Source of the DNA: an uncultured virus (IMG/VR IMGVR_UViG_3300046557_000419)
Lineage: Duplodnaviria; Heunggongvirae; Uroviricota; Caudoviricetes
Reading direction: 5' to 3' (one strand)
IMG/VR virus record: IMGVR_UViG_3300046557_000419
Coordinates: 1-64,000 of that record
DNA: 64,000 nt
In this document: positions 17,454 through 26,833 of the stretch, piece after piece
How positions within the stretch are numbered: the first letter of the stretch is position 1
How the letters are laid out: each line of letters starts with the position of its first letter
The notes under the pieces: model-generated
What the model saw: the letters and a program-made list of their open reading frames with translations, nothing else
What the model was told of the DNA's origin: nothing
Database searches by the model: none
Made by a program: the position numbers and the translations under genes

Positions 17454-18365
17454 ATGATCAAAGACCAGAAGCGGTCCCGCGCAATGATCGAGGATATCCG
17501 AAGACAACGCCAGGGGGTGATTGAGCAACGCCTTTGGCAGTCGAAAAACTTCTCTGAGGGCAAGCGTGAGGTTCCGGTTGATCCGGCGCCCGCGCCTGCA
17601 CCGGAGTCGGAGCTACCCGAACCAGACCTCGTCGAGGTCGAACCACCGAAAGAGGAAAAATTCACCATGGGTCTCCCCCATCTCGTTATCGTCGGCGCTG
17701 ACAAAGGCGGCGTTGGCAAGACCACCGTTTCTGACACCGTTCTCGGCTACTTCGCCGCACAGGGCGTGGACGCTCGCGCGATCGACACCCAGATGCCCGC
17801 TGGCAATCTGATCCGCCGCTACCCCGCCGTCACCGAGGTCATCGACCTGGCCAGCTCAGACGGCCAGATCAAGGTCTTCGACTCTCTTGGCAAACATGCC
17901 GTCACCGTGATCGACATCCAGGCGGGCTTGCTCTCGCCGACGCTGACCCTGCTCAGCGAGATCGGTCTGCTGTCCATGGTCCAGGACGGCAAGATGAATG
18001 TGACCGTGATGCACGTCATCGGCAGCACGGTGCAGTCGCTCAGCGAGATCGAAGGCGCCGCCAAGATCATCGCCGGCTCGCGCCACTTCATCGTCAAGAA
18101 CCACTCGAACGACGCCGCGTTCTTCGACGGCCTCAACGTGTCGACCGAAGCTCTGAAGATCGGCACAGCTCTGATCGACATCCCGAAGCTCGACCCCCGC
18201 GCCACCGAGTACGTGGACGCCGCAGTCGAGAAGGGACTGACCGACGCGACCTCATTCGCCGGCTACGCCAAGAGCGGAGACTCCTTCGTGATGAAGGGCA
18301 AGGTCGGTCACTGGCTGAAGGGCGTGTTCGCCCAATACGATACGGCCAAGCTGAACATCGCTTAA
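17454..18365 (+). CDS. ParA/MinD-like P-loop ATPase with N-terminal extension
   Basis: Deviant Walker A DKGGVGKTT; VIDI Walker B. Confidence 0.75.
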   Translation: MIKDQKRSRAMIEDIRRQRQGVIEQRLWQSKNFSEGKREVPVDPAPAPAPESELPEPDLVEVEPPKEEKFTMGLPHLVIVGADKGGVGKTTVSDTVLGYFAAQGVDARAIDTQMPAGNLIRRYPAVTEVIDLASSDGQIKVFDSLGKHAVTVIDIQAGLLSPTLTLLSEIGLLSMVQDGKMNVTVMHVIGSTVQSLSEIEGAAKIIAGSRHFIVKNHSNDAAFFDGLNVSTEALKIGTALIDIPKLDPRATEYVDAAVEKGLTDATSFAGYAKSGDSFVMKGKVGHWLKGVFAQYDTAKLNIA

Positions 18366-18379
18366 GCCTTAACGAGAAC

Positions 18380-18562
18380 AAGCCCCCTGACGGGATCGAC
18401 CGCGGCAGCCGGAAGCGCAAGTTACCCGGTGGCGGTCGACCGCAACACTAAGTCCTGAATTAACAGGACGATCCGCTAGGCCAGCGGGCGTGGGGTCCTC
18501 CTTTTCGCGCTTCGGCGCACGCACGGGTGAAAGCCCGTGGGCTGCTCCTGTGGGACAGCCCT
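18380..18562 (+). ncRNA. Candidate structured RNA upstream of tRNA-Cys
   Basis: About six abutting hairpins. Confidence 0.45.
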
Positions 18563-18568
18563 CAAACT

Positions 18569-18642
18569 GACGCGGTGGCCGAGCGGCCAGGCAGCGGATT
18601 GCAACCCCGCGGAGGCTGGTTCGACTCCGGCCCGCGTCTCCA
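18569..18642 (+). tRNA. tRNA-Cys(GCA)
   Basis: Cloverleaf with TTGCAAC loop, U73 and CCA. Confidence 0.92.
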
Positions 18643-18673
18643 GTCACACCCAACAACAAGAAGAACAAAGAGC

Positions 18674-18895
18674 ATGTCAACGCTGACGACGCAGTACCAA
18701 AAGATGCAGATCGACGACGCCCGACTGATCACCGTGTCTGACCTGGTTCAGGGTACGGATGGCGTCTGGGTTCGCACCATCCGCTTCTATGGCGATCCCA
18801 TCACCAACGGCGCGCCCACTGCGTTCGCCGAGATCGTGATGCGCTCGGACAACCAGGTGGACCTGGAGATCCAGGCCCCGGGCTTCAAGTACTGA
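18674..18895 (+). CDS. Small hypothetical protein
   Basis: 73-aa ORF after an A/C-rich leader. Confidence 0.65.
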   Translation: MSTLTTQYQKMQIDDARLITVSDLVQGTDGVWVRTIRFYGDPITNGAPTAFAEIVMRSDNQVDLEIQAPGFKY

Positions 18896-18978
18896 TCCTT
18901 TTTCACTCTGGTCGAGTTGCCGCTTCGGGGGCATTAGCGCGCAGCGCCTCGACCGGAGTCTAAACTCCGGAAATCATT

Positions 18979-20442
18979 GTGAACGACCTAATCGACGTGT
19001 CCCCTGAGGATGCGGCGGCCGAAATCCTGCGTCGTAGGAGGGGCCGCGAACGCCTCATCCCCTTCACAGAATACACGCTACCCAAATACAAGGCTGACCC
19101 CTTCCACAATCTCGTTGCCGACAAGCTTGAGGCTGTCGAGCGCGGCGAGATCAAGCGGCTGATGCTGTTCGCTCCGCCGCGGCACGGCAAGTCGGAACTG
19201 TCGACCAGGCGTTTCCCGGCCTACTTCATGGCCAGGAACCCAGACAAGAACGTGATCTCGGCGTCGTACAACGGCGACTTCGCGACCACGTTCGGACGCG
19301 ACGTCCGCAACATCGTCAAGGGCAAGGAGTTCGCGACACTCTTTCCGGACACCAAGATCCGCAGCGACAACCGCGCTGCTGACGAGTGGGAGCTGGAGCA
19401 GGGCGGCAAATACTTCGCGGTCGGCGTCGGCACCGGCACCACTGGTAAGGGCGCCCATCTCTTCCTGATCGACGATCCGATCAAGGACCGCAAAGAGGTC
19501 AACTCCGCCAACTTCCGTCAGGACCAGTGGGACTGGTACCGCGACGTCGTTTACACCCGTCTCGAAGAGGACGCCGCAATCGTCCTCACGCTGACGCGGT
19601 GGCACTACGACGACATCGCCGGCCGCCTCATCGAGCTGATGAACGACAAGAAGGGTCTCCCTTGGGAAATCCTCTATCTTCCGGCGCTGCCCTACACCAC
19701 CAAGATCAAACGCGAAGATGGCACTGAAGAGCTGATCCTCAACGAGGATGGCACGGTCCCTGGCGATCCTCTCGGCCGAAAGCCGAAAGAGCCGCTCGCG
19801 CCGCGACGCTTCTCCTACAACGCGCTGATGGACCGCCAGGACGTTCTTGGCGAGAGGTCATTCGCTGCGCTGTATCAGCAGAAGCCGATGGCTGACGACG
19901 GCGGCATGTTCAACGCCGCGTGGTTCGAGAACCCGGCTGAGCTGCCCGCCAAGCGTGTCCGCGTGCGTGCGTGGGATTTGGCGGCATCAGCTGATGGCGA
20001 CTACACGGTCGGCGTCCTGATGTCGAAGGACTCCAACGGCATCTTCTACATCGAGAACGTGGTCCGCATGCGCGGCACCCCACTCGAAGTCGAGAAACTG
20101 ATCTTCGACACCGCCAAGAACGACGGCCGGTCTGTCCAGATCATCCTCCCGCAAGACCCTGGCCAGGCTGGCAAAGCCCAGGTGCAGAGCTTCATTCGCC
20201 GGCTCGCCGGCTACATCGTCAAGGCCGTCCGCCCTACCGGACCAAAGGAAACCCGTGCTGCCGCATTCGCTGCGCAGTGCGAGGCAAAGAACGTGAAGAT
20301 GGTGAAGGCTCGTTGGAACGACTGTTTCACCGATGAGCTGGAGACGTTTCCGCTTGGTGTCAATGACGACCAAGTGGACGCAGCCGCCGACGCATTCAAC
20401 GCACTCCTCGGTCCGCGCAAGGCCGCGGTCCTTGACTGGTAA
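18979..20442 (+). CDS. terL: Terminase large subunit
   Basis: PPRHGKS Walker A, LIDDP Walker B, AWDLA and DDQVDA nuclease motifs. Confidence 0.97.
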   Translation: MNDLIDVSPEDAAAEILRRRRGRERLIPFTEYTLPKYKADPFHNLVADKLEAVERGEIKRLMLFAPPRHGKSELSTRRFPAYFMARNPDKNVISASYNGDFATTFGRDVRNIVKGKEFATLFPDTKIRSDNRAADEWELEQGGKYFAVGVGTGTTGKGAHLFLIDDPIKDRKEVNSANFRQDQWDWYRDVVYTRLEEDAAIVLTLTRWHYDDIAGRLIELMNDKKGLPWEILYLPALPYTTKIKREDGTEELILNEDGTVPGDPLGRKPKEPLAPRRFSYNALMDRQDVLGERSFAALYQQKPMADDGGMFNAAWFENPAELPAKRVRVRAWDLAASADGDYTVGVLMSKDSNGIFYIENVVRMRGTPLEVEKLIFDTAKNDGRSVQIILPQDPGQAGKAQVQSFIRRLAGYIVKAVRPTGPKETRAAAFAAQCEAKNVKMVKARWNDCFTDELETFPLGVNDDQVDAAADAFNALLGPRKAAVLDW

Positions 20443-20462
20443 CGTCAGGACCACCCCGCCAA

Positions 20463-22076
20463 ATGGCTGCTACCCAACAGATCAAATACACCCCGTCCCC
20501 CAAGACGGGTAACCCCGGCATTTTGTCTTCGGCTGCCGACACGATGCAGACGCGGACGGCCATGCTGCGTGCCGTCTATGGCGGCACCGAGACCATGCGT
20601 GCAAAGGGCGCAGAGTTCCTTCCGCAGTACGAGAAGGAGTCGGACACCCGATACGCTGCGCGCCTGGCTTCGACCTTCGCGTTGAACAAGCTGCGTGAGG
20701 CCGTCGACGCTGCGTCGGCGAAGCCGTTCCGCACGCTGCTCAAGCTGGTCGACAACACCGACCAGAACCTCGACGCCTGGGTGCAGGACATCGACTTGCA
20801 GGGCAATCACCTGCACGTCTTTGCCCACCAATTCTTCAACAACGCTCTGCTCGACGGCATGTGCCACATCATGGTGGACCATCCGGATACCTACAACATG
20901 AAGAGCCTCGCCGACCAGAAGGCGTCCGGCGCTCGCCCGTTCATGAAGATGTACAAGGTCGACGATGTGGCCGCTGCCTATGACATGTATGTCGGCGGCG
21001 ACACCAAGACCGTCCACGTCCGCATCCGCAGCCAGCGCGCTGACCGCGAGGGCTTCAAGGAGGTCCTCTACAATCAGATCCGAGTGATCGAGATTGACCC
21101 CGGAAAGACGTCCGGCATCGTGCAGCTCTGGGAGCAGAAGGCTACCTCGGGTGGTTCGAACTGGGACTTCGTCGAAGAGACCCCTCTGCCGAACATGGCG
21201 GAAGTGCCGTTCGTGACCATGTTTGCCGGTGAAAAGGAAGCCGACTATCAGGTCCGGCCGACCTTCATCGATCTCGCCTACAAGCAGATCGAGCACTGGA
21301 TCTCTTCCTCGGACCAGCGTTCGATCCTCTCGGCGGCGCGCTTCCCGATGCTCGCTTGCTCGGGCGTGCAGATCGACCCCGATGAAGAGTCGCAGTTCGC
21401 GATCGGACCGTACAAGGTGCTCTACTCGCCGGAGGCCAATGGTCGCTGGTATTACGTCGAGCCCCGCGGCACGGCGATCGAGAGCGGCTTCAAGGATCTC
21501 GACCGGCTCGAAATGCAGATGGACATGATGGCGCTCAACCCGGTCACGGGCACGCACCGTCAGTACGTTCCGCAGAACGAGCGAGACATCCAGGAGACCC
21601 GCGTTCACTCGGTCGTCCACGACTTGGCGATCGGCTGCCAGGACGCGCTCGAACGCTGCATCCAGTTCATGGGGCAGTGGACCGGCTCCGACTACAGCCA
21701 GGTCAAGGCCATCCTGAACACCGAGTTCTCGAACACAAAGGACCGCCTGCTCGAAGTCGCTCAGCTGGTCAAAATGTGGGAGGAGCGCGGTCTGTCCCGT
21801 GAAGTGCTGCTCACCGAGGTTCGCAATCGCAACCTCTTGGGCGACGACTTCAATCTGCAGGACGAGCTGGCATTCTGGAAGGTCGTCGACGAGGCGAATA
21901 TGTCCGCGGCGGACGGCATGCTGCCCGGCCGGTGGACCCAGGCCGACCCGACGAAGGAGCCGGCTGGCGGATCGACACCCGCGACCCCTGCAAATGCAAA
22001 GGGCACCGGAACTCCGGCCGCTCCCAAGACGTTCGACTTCCCGAACGGCCAGACCCGGCCCACGAAGCAGATCTAG
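20463..22076 (+). CDS. Portal protein (DUF4055-like)
   Basis: Follows TerL; GAEFLP...ES...Y..RL pattern. Confidence 0.85.
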   Translation: MAATQQIKYTPSPKTGNPGILSSAADTMQTRTAMLRAVYGGTETMRAKGAEFLPQYEKESDTRYAARLASTFALNKLREAVDAASAKPFRTLLKLVDNTDQNLDAWVQDIDLQGNHLHVFAHQFFNNALLDGMCHIMVDHPDTYNMKSLADQKASGARPFMKMYKVDDVAAAYDMYVGGDTKTVHVRIRSQRADREGFKEVLYNQIRVIEIDPGKTSGIVQLWEQKATSGGSNWDFVEETPLPNMAEVPFVTMFAGEKEADYQVRPTFIDLAYKQIEHWISSSDQRSILSAARFPMLACSGVQIDPDEESQFAIGPYKVLYSPEANGRWYYVEPRGTAIESGFKDLDRLEMQMDMMALNPVTGTHRQYVPQNERDIQETRVHSVVHDLAIGCQDALERCIQFMGQWTGSDYSQVKAILNTEFSNTKDRLLEVAQLVKMWEERGLSREVLLTEVRNRNLLGDDFNLQDELAFWKVVDEANMSAADGMLPGRWTQADPTKEPAGGSTPATPANAKGTGTPAAPKTFDFPNGQTRPTKQI

Positions 22077-22155
22077 CTTCGTTTCCACCAAGTTTGCACT
22101 GCGAAAGCAAATATCGTTGACTCAGTGCAAACGATCATGCTACCAGCCCCGTCCC

Positions 22156-22431
22156 ATGGCCGACCTGACCCTGAAGCTCGAAGCGACCGAATACCGGTGC
22201 GAACCCTGCACGTTGCAGCAGGGCACGCCCGTGCGGGAACTCGTGCGGATGATCCCCAAGTCGGTTGTGGTTTTCGGGAAGCTGGTAGGGCCGGAGTATT
22301 TCTGTTGCCCGATCTGCTTCGAGCCCAAGTTCGACGTGAAGACGAGGAAGCCGGTCAGTGCAAAAGCCAAGGTGGCAGAGGATTCTGGAGCTGGAGGACG
22401 CGGCAAGGAACGGATCCATGTCGTCAAGTGA
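22156..22431 (+). CDS. Small zinc-binding protein
   Basis: CEPC and CPIC pairs. Confidence 0.55.
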   Translation: MADLTLKLEATEYRCEPCTLQQGTPVRELVRMIPKSVVVFGKLVGPEYFCCPICFEPKFDVKTRKPVSAKAKVAEDSGAGGRGKERIHVVK

Positions 22432-22582
22432 CATCCCCCCGCCGATGCCGGCTCAGTCGCTTGTGCCGCAGACCGATCCCGTCGTTCGTCTGGCGGCTAA
22501 GGTCTACCTGGCCCAAGCTCTGGCTCCTGTCATAACGCTGGTCCTGGTCGCGGGCTTAGTGATCTGGTTCCTCCGCTCCTGA
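22418..22582 (+). CDS. Small membrane protein
   Basis: C-terminal TM segment. Confidence 0.5.
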   Translation: MSSSDIPPPMPAQSLVPQTDPVVRLAAKVYLAQALAPVITLVLVAGLVIWFLRS

Positions 22583-22616
22583 AGGGGCCGAACCGGCCCA
22601 TTTGCATTTTCTTGAA

Positions 22617-22671
22617 GAGAGGGGTTGACAGAAGGGGGGTACCTGTGCTTAATCATTTGCTTGAATGCAAA
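22617..22671 (+). promoter_or_regulatory. Putative promoter (TTGACA-N17-CTTAAT) plus operator
   Basis: Duplicate of the 3529 element; TTTGCTTGAATGCAAA at 22656. Confidence 0.65.
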
Positions 22672-22681
22672 TGGAGTGACC

Positions 22682-22975
22682 GTGAAGCTCTTCACCCGCC
22701 GCAGCGCCCTCGCCGAAGCATTTCACCTGCCTCTTTGGGGTCAGGCGGCTGAGGAGGTTCCGCCCCATTGGCTGATCTCGCGACTGCAAACGGGTGATCT
22801 GGCGATCAATCGCCTGGGCGGCATGACCATGCACACGCAGTGGGGCGTGCAAGAGAGCGCCGCAGGAGACTACGTGCTCCTGTTTGCCGACAATTCCATC
22901 GGGTTCGAAAAGCCCGAGACGTTCGAACGAGACTTCGAACCCTTCACGTCCGAGCAGCTCAAAGCCGCCGCGTGA
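22682..22975 (+). CDS. Hypothetical phage protein
   Basis: GDYV...KPETFERDFEP pattern; GGAG RBS. Confidence 0.65.
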   Translation: MKLFTRRSALAEAFHLPLWGQAAEEVPPHWLISRLQTGDLAINRLGGMTMHTQWGVQESAAGDYVLLFADNSIGFEKPETFERDFEPFTSEQLKAAA

Positions 22976-23020
22976 CCACACACTGACAGCACCGTCGCAA
23001 GGCGCTGCTTCCCCTACAGA

Positions 23021-23055
23021 GCCCGCTCAGGACCGTCCTGGGCGGGTTTTTCTTT
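23021..23055 (+). terminator. Rho-independent terminator
   Basis: CCCGCTCAGGAC/GTCCTGGGCGGG followed by a T tract. Confidence 0.75.
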
Positions 23056-23213
23056 GGGCCTGCGCCTTCGTGGCTGCGGCCGAGAACCCTATCCAATCGC
23101 GCTCCCACTTCGGTAGAGCGCGGTTTCAGCGGTCTCAGTTCGCATCCCGCACAAGACGAACAGAGATACCCAAGAGCGCGCCGCACGCCCGCGCCACCGC
23201 AGAACAATTCCTT

Positions 23214-23289
23214 TGGAGAGTAGCCAAGTAGGTAAGGCAGCGCACTGTTACTGCGCCTACCGCAGGTTCGAATCCTGCCTCTTCAGCCA
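23214..23289 (+). tRNA. tRNA-Asn(GTT)
   Basis: GCGCA-CTGTTAC-TGCGC; U1-A72, G73, CCA. Confidence 0.9.
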
Positions 23290-23461
23290 CCAACACCAAT
23301 TCGCCAGCAATGACCAACCGACGCCGGGACGGCTTCGGACGGTCGCTGCCGGCAACTCTGATTCCCCGAGTCCTCGGGGATATCACCGGCCCACCAGGCG
23401 GGACGCTTGGACGGGCCTTTTATCACGAGGGGCGGGATGCCCCGCATTTCCCGGGATGGGT

Positions 23462-24349
23462 ATGCTCAAAGCAGTCGTTAAAGATCTCAATGAACTCGAT
23501 GAGGGCCTCCGCGGCTATTACGTGCAGAAGGACAACCAGTTCTTCCTGAACGTGACGGCGGTCGACGGTTTCCAACTCGACAACACCACCGGCCTGAAAA
23601 CCGCCTTGGGCAACGAGCGTAACAACGTCTCGATCCTCAAGGAGCAGCTCAAGCCGTATGAAGGCCTGGACGCTACCGCGGCTCGCACCGCGATCGAGCG
23701 TATCGGCGCTTTCGGTGAAATCACGCCCGAGGCCGCCAAGACGGCGCTCGAAACGGCACAACGACTGTCAGCTCTCGATCCCACGAAAGAGGCTGAGACG
23801 ATCGCTGCCACCAAGGTCGAGACCCTGAAAGGTCAGCTCACCGCGCAGTTCAATCTGCGTGAGACCGAGCTGGTCGGACAGGTCAACGGCCAGAAGGCGA
23901 CGATCGAAAGCCTGACGGGGCAGCTTCAGACGGTGATGGCCGATGGCCAGATCAAGTCCGAAGTCGCCAAATCCAACCCACTGGACGACGCGCGGGATGC
24001 CGTCGAGCTTCTGGTGAGCAAGTACGTCCGCACGTCCATGAAGGACGGGAAGGTCGTCGTCGAGGTCATTGACCAGAACGGCGTCCCCCGCATCAAGGAC
24101 CACACGGGCGCCGCGTTCGAAGTCGCCGATCTCGTCGCTGAGATCCGCGAGAGCCGCGCAGGTCTCTTCAAGCCTGACGAGAAGCGCGGTCTGGGGACCA
24201 ACCCCGGTTCGGGTACCAATCCGCCGGCAGGTGGGGTCGTGAACCCCTGGGCCGCGGAGACCCGAAACATGACCCAGCAAATGTTGCTGGAAAACACCAA
24301 ACCCGAATTGGCCAAGCAGCTCAAAGCAGCGGCCGGCGTGAAGGACTAA
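23462..24349 (+). CDS. Capsid scaffolding protein
   Basis: Coiled-coil protein with C-terminal NPW motif, directly before the MCP. Confidence 0.8.
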   Translation: MLKAVVKDLNELDEGLRGYYVQKDNQFFLNVTAVDGFQLDNTTGLKTALGNERNNVSILKEQLKPYEGLDATAARTAIERIGAFGEITPEAAKTALETAQRLSALDPTKEAETIAATKVETLKGQLTAQFNLRETELVGQVNGQKATIESLTGQLQTVMADGQIKSEVAKSNPLDDARDAVELLVSKYVRTSMKDGKVVVEVIDQNGVPRIKDHTGAAFEVADLVAEIRESRAGLFKPDEKRGLGTNPGSGTNPPAGGVVNPWAAETRNMTQQMLLENTKPELAKQLKAAAGVKD

Positions 24350-24446
24350 GTCCTCCCGCCTTCCCAACATGCAGGCGCCCGGATTCTGTCCGGGCGTTTG
24401 CTTGAATGCAAAAGCTGCAGCCAGTCCACAACAACAAGAGTGAGAA

Positions 24447-25427
24447 ATGACTGCAACTGCTCTCGCGGACATGATCGTCCCGACCAAGTTCAACAAGTAC
24501 GTCCAGGTTCTTTCGACGCAGAAGTCGGAACTGTTCACGTCGGGGATCATCACCGACCTGTCCAGCGTCATCGACGCCGAGATCGAAGGCAAGACGGTCA
24601 ACATGCCGTTCTTCAACGACCTCGACGCCTCCGACGCCGAGCAGGTGCTCGACGACACCACCGACCTGACCGTTGGTCACATGACGACCGGCCAGGACGT
24701 GGCCGTGAAGCTGCTGCGCGGTAAGGCCTTCGGCTCGACCGACCTGGCGGCCGACCTGTCCGGCGCCGACCCGATCGATGCCATCGCGAACCGTTTCGCC
24801 GACTGGTGGAACAAGCGCATGCAGACCGCTCTGCTCTCGACCCTCACGGGCGCGATGGGCTCGGCCGGCATGGCTGCGAACGTCAACGACATCTCCGCGC
24901 TGACCGGTGGTGCCCAGTACTTCGACGCCGACTCCTTCATCGACGCGGCCTTCTTGCTCGGTGACGAGCAGGGCGGTCTGAACGCCGTCGCGGTCCACTC
25001 CCTGACCCTCAAGGCGATGGTGAAGGCCGACCTGATCGACTTCGTGCCCGACAGCCAGGGCAAGCTGACGGTCCCGACCTACCTCGGCAAGACTGTCATC
25101 GTCGACGACGGCATGCCCGTCTCGGGTTCGGGCGCGACCCGCGTGTTCACCTCCTACATCTTCGGCCCCGGCGCGATCGGCTACGGCGAGCGCTCCCCGA
25201 AGGTTCCGGTGGAGGTCGAGCGCCAGGCTCTGAAGGGCATGGGCCAGGAGTACATCGTGAACCGCCGTCAGTGGGTCATGCATCCCCGCGGCGTGAAGTG
25301 GCTGGGCGGCACCCAGGCCGGCGTGACGCCGTCCAACGCCGAGCTGGCGACCACGACCAACTGGCAGCGCGTCTACGATCCGAAGATCGTCCGCATCGTC
25401 GCCTTCAAGCACATGCTGGCGTCGTAA
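24447..25427 (+). CDS. Major capsid protein
   Basis: GKTVNMPFFNDL, YLGKTVIVDD and HPRGVKW coat-protein motifs. Confidence 0.92.
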   Translation: MTATALADMIVPTKFNKYVQVLSTQKSELFTSGIITDLSSVIDAEIEGKTVNMPFFNDLDASDAEQVLDDTTDLTVGHMTTGQDVAVKLLRGKAFGSTDLAADLSGADPIDAIANRFADWWNKRMQTALLSTLTGAMGSAGMAANVNDISALTGGAQYFDADSFIDAAFLLGDEQGGLNAVAVHSLTLKAMVKADLIDFVPDSQGKLTVPTYLGKTVIVDDGMPVSGSGATRVFTSYIFGPGAIGYGERSPKVPVEVERQALKGMGQEYIVNRRQWVMHPRGVKWLGGTQAGVTPSNAELATTTNWQRVYDPKIVRIVAFKHMLAS

Positions 25428-25454
25428 TCGTCTCTGACGGTTAGCTGAAACACA

Positions 25455-25487
25455 AGACCCTCCTCGGGAAACCGGGGAGGGCTCTTT
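25455..25487 (+). terminator. Terminator after MCP
   Basis: CCCTCCTCGG/CCGGGGAGGG followed by CTCTTT. Confidence 0.65.
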
Positions 25488-25505
25488 GTGACTCTGGAGA
25501 CATTC

Positions 25506-25907
25506 ATGATTGGAACGAAGGGTTTTCGCACCCGCGAGGCAGCTGCGTATCGCAAGAACCGAACGCATCGGCTGACTTCGGAAGAGGTCAGAGAGGCCCG
25601 CTTCGCCAACCTGCACGGCAATGTCGAGCAGTCTGAAGCGACGGTAGCGCCCGCCGCTGAGCCGGTCGAACCCAAAACGGCCGAGGTCGTGGAAGCGACC
25701 GATCAGACCGAGCAGACCGACACCACTGACGAAGTGGCCGGCGACGAGAACGCCGACGAAGCTGGTGACGAAGCCGGCGACGAAACCGGTGACGAGGCTG
25801 GCGACGAAGACGGGGACGAAGACGAAGGCGAGGCTGATGCCGGCGCCGACAAGTCCAAGACGACCGCTTCGAAGAAGAAGAAGGCCAAAGGCAAGGCCAA
25901 GAAGTAA
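25506..25907 (+). CDS. Acidic low-complexity protein with basic tail
   Basis: AGDE repeats; KKKKAKGKAKK C-terminus. Confidence 0.7.
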   Translation: MIGTKGFRTREAAAYRKNRTHRLTSEEVREARFANLHGNVEQSEATVAPAAEPVEPKTAEVVEATDQTEQTDTTDEVAGDENADEAGDEAGDETGDEAGDEDGDEDEGEADAGADKSKTTASKKKKAKGKAKK

Positions 25908-25916
25908 GGACCTGTG

Positions 25917-26345
25917 ATGGGCTACGCGACCAAAGAGGACATCGACGAGCTTTACGGCACCGACCTCCTAGTGCGCGTAGCCGATTACGACCGAGACGGA
26001 ACGCCGGACCCTGCCGTTGTGGCGAAGGGGCTGGAGGGCGCCGACGAGATCTGCGACGCCTATCTGTCCGCTCAGTATACGATCCCAGTCGTCCCCACGC
26101 CCGGCGTGGTGAGGAACTGTGCGATCGACATCGCCATCTACAAGATGGCGCTGGGCCGCACCAGCCGCACCGACGAGATGCGGGTGCGATATGAGGACGC
26201 TCTGGCTCTGCTGGAGAAGATTTCAACCGGCAAGGTTGGCCTCGGCCTGCCGCCGACGACCGTCGACAATGGCGACGGCACGACCACAACGACCGATCCG
26301 AACGTCAAGCGCTCGGGAGGCTCGTTCGACTGCGGGAGGGCCTGA
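25917..26345 (+). CDS. Head-tail adaptor (Mu gp36/DUF1320-like)
   Basis: YAT..D; DAYL...Y.IP; RYEDAL..LE.I..GK. Confidence 0.85.
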   Translation: MGYATKEDIDELYGTDLLVRVADYDRDGTPDPAVVAKGLEGADEICDAYLSAQYTIPVVPTPGVVRNCAIDIAIYKMALGRTSRTDEMRVRYEDALALLEKISTGKVGLGLPPTTVDNGDGTTTTTDPNVKRSGGSFDCGRA

Positions 26346-26833
26346 TGGCCGACCTGCAAGTCAAGATCGACTCCGGCGACCTCCGCAAGCTCAACAAGCG
26401 GATCGCCGGCCTGCTGCATGACACGCTCCACCTGGAGGAAGTCTACGCAGCAGCTGCCGAGTACATGAAGCGATCAACGGTCAACCGCATCGTGCGGAGC
26501 AAGACCGGGCCTGACGGCGAACGTTGGGCGGCGCTCCGCGACGTCACCATCAAGCTCCGGAACGGAAGCGACAGCGTCCTGTTCGACAGCGGTGAGTTGT
26601 CCAGGGGCATTCAGATCCAAGACATCAGCCACGACGGCTTCGTGCTCAGCTCCACGGCCCTGAACAAGCAAGGCGAGTCCTACTCGTCCTACCTGCAGGA
26701 CGGTGTGAAGCGGACGCGAGGCATGATCAAGGGCAAGCGGATCCCGCCGCGCCCGTTCATGGGCTTCTCGGACGAGAACAAGCGACGGATCTCCAAGATG
26801 ATCCGCGATTATCTGGCGCATGGAGGCGACTGA
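26345..26833 (+). CDS. Virion morphogenesis protein (Mu gpG-like)
   Basis: PDGERW..L; LFDSGEL; IPPRPFMGFS. Confidence 0.85.
   Translation: MADLQVKIDSGDLRKLNKRIAGLLHDTLHLEEVYAAAAEYMKRSTVNRIVRSKTGPDGERWAALRDVTIKLRNGSDSVLFDSGELSRGIQIQDISHDGFVLSSTALNKQGESYSSYLQDGVKRTRGMIKGKRIPPRPFMGFSDENKRRISKMIRDYLAHGGD

Noticed and set aside
18380..18460. tmRNA 5' end (GGATCGAC)
   Set aside because: No GGGG acceptor, T-arm or tag reading frame found
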